Shown: piece after piece, positions 63,238 through 64,000 of the stretch
Numbering within the stretch: the stretch's first letter is position 1
Layout of the letters: each line of letters opens with the position of its first letter
Source of the DNA: Haliotis rufescens
Taxonomy: Eukaryota
Direction: 5' to 3'
Assembly: GCF_023055435.1 (NCBI RefSeq)
Contig: NW_025964372.1
Coordinates: forward strand, 7,626,001-7,690,000
Length of the DNA stretch: 64,000 bases
Program-made: the position numbers and the translations under genes
Notes under the pieces: generated by a model
What the model saw: the letters and a program-made list of their open reading frames with translations, nothing else
The model's database searches: none
What the model was told of the DNA's origin: nothing

Positions 63238-64000
63238 AGATGATGTACATATGTTCATCTTATGTTGTACAGCAATACATTATTAATTTATGTAAAAAAT
63301 CAGAGATCTGAGATTTTATTTATTTAGACTAGTTTATGCATCTATGTTTTGACTTTGATAAATTTATGGGACCAGGGTGCAACCTGGTTTTGTCTGGTGC
63401 AACTGGGTTTTCATGTCAACATGCACCTGGTGCTAGTTAAATCAAGTTCCTTAAATCGAGCCCTGATATGTCTTGTCACTTCCAAACAACCCAAATTAGC
63501 AGTTGAATTTCAGGTATGGACACACTTTGAAGAAAAAGACTGTGATGTCCATGGATGCCTAGTGAACGTCTTGTCTGCTGAGTGACTCTCCTAGGTCTCC
63601 CCGAAGTACACAAGATGAAAACTAAAATTATGGTACTCAGAATTAGTCAAAAAGATCTTACAGAGGTAATTGAGTACTTCTTTATCATAGGCTTCTCATA
63701 CAGCAAGTTGTAAATCAGCCTCAACTACAGCCACTAGTCTGAAGCACGAGTCTACTAAAACTCTGTTGTTAGCCATAATAACAACAGTATATACACTAAA
63801 TTCTACACTAAATTCTACTTAAACCGTTGCTATGGCTAGTCGTCTCTAAAGTTTTGGGGACTTGTAAAATAACACCTATCCAGCCTCCTCTTCCTGCCTA
63901 GTTTTGCCATTTATACAACCTCTCTTGTGTTAGATCTATTTAACAGTTTGTGAAACTTGACTATTCTGCACCACAAGAGACCTATGATGCCAGTATGTTT

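Overview
Eukaryotic, intron-rich invertebrate genomic DNA, probably molluscan (inferred from its tRNA-derived SINE families). Two host genes can be assembled by hand. (1) The last six coding exons of a carnitine O-acetyltransferase (CRAT, + strand, 1573-7129, C-terminal PTS1 AKL). (2) A complete four-exon Rdx-family selenoprotein gene that the ORF track misses (SelW2/MIEN1 orthologue, + strand, 44828-51271). It has an in-frame TGA in a CGGU motif, a C-terminal CVIL CaaX box, and a SECIS-shaped 3'UTR hairpin whose 3' core reads AA instead of the near-invariant GA. Between the two genes lie several elements. A candidate non-coding/smORF gene has two TATA-driven leader exons (13.1 and 16.8 kb). 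A ~15 kb higher-order tandem array (20.5-35.4 kb) is built from inverted, degenerate copies of the 16.8 kb promoter/leader exon, a variable 26-bp GC-box VNTR and a Gypsy RT fragment. A virus/Polinton-like relic (36.8-40.8 kb) has an AGTAGT-type end, CRE/CCAAT/GC repeats and two intronless BIR (IAP) remnants. The rest is SINEs, MITEs, Crypton/Tc1/MULE relics and minisatellites. Most ORFs in the track are spurious. Repeat boundaries are approximate.
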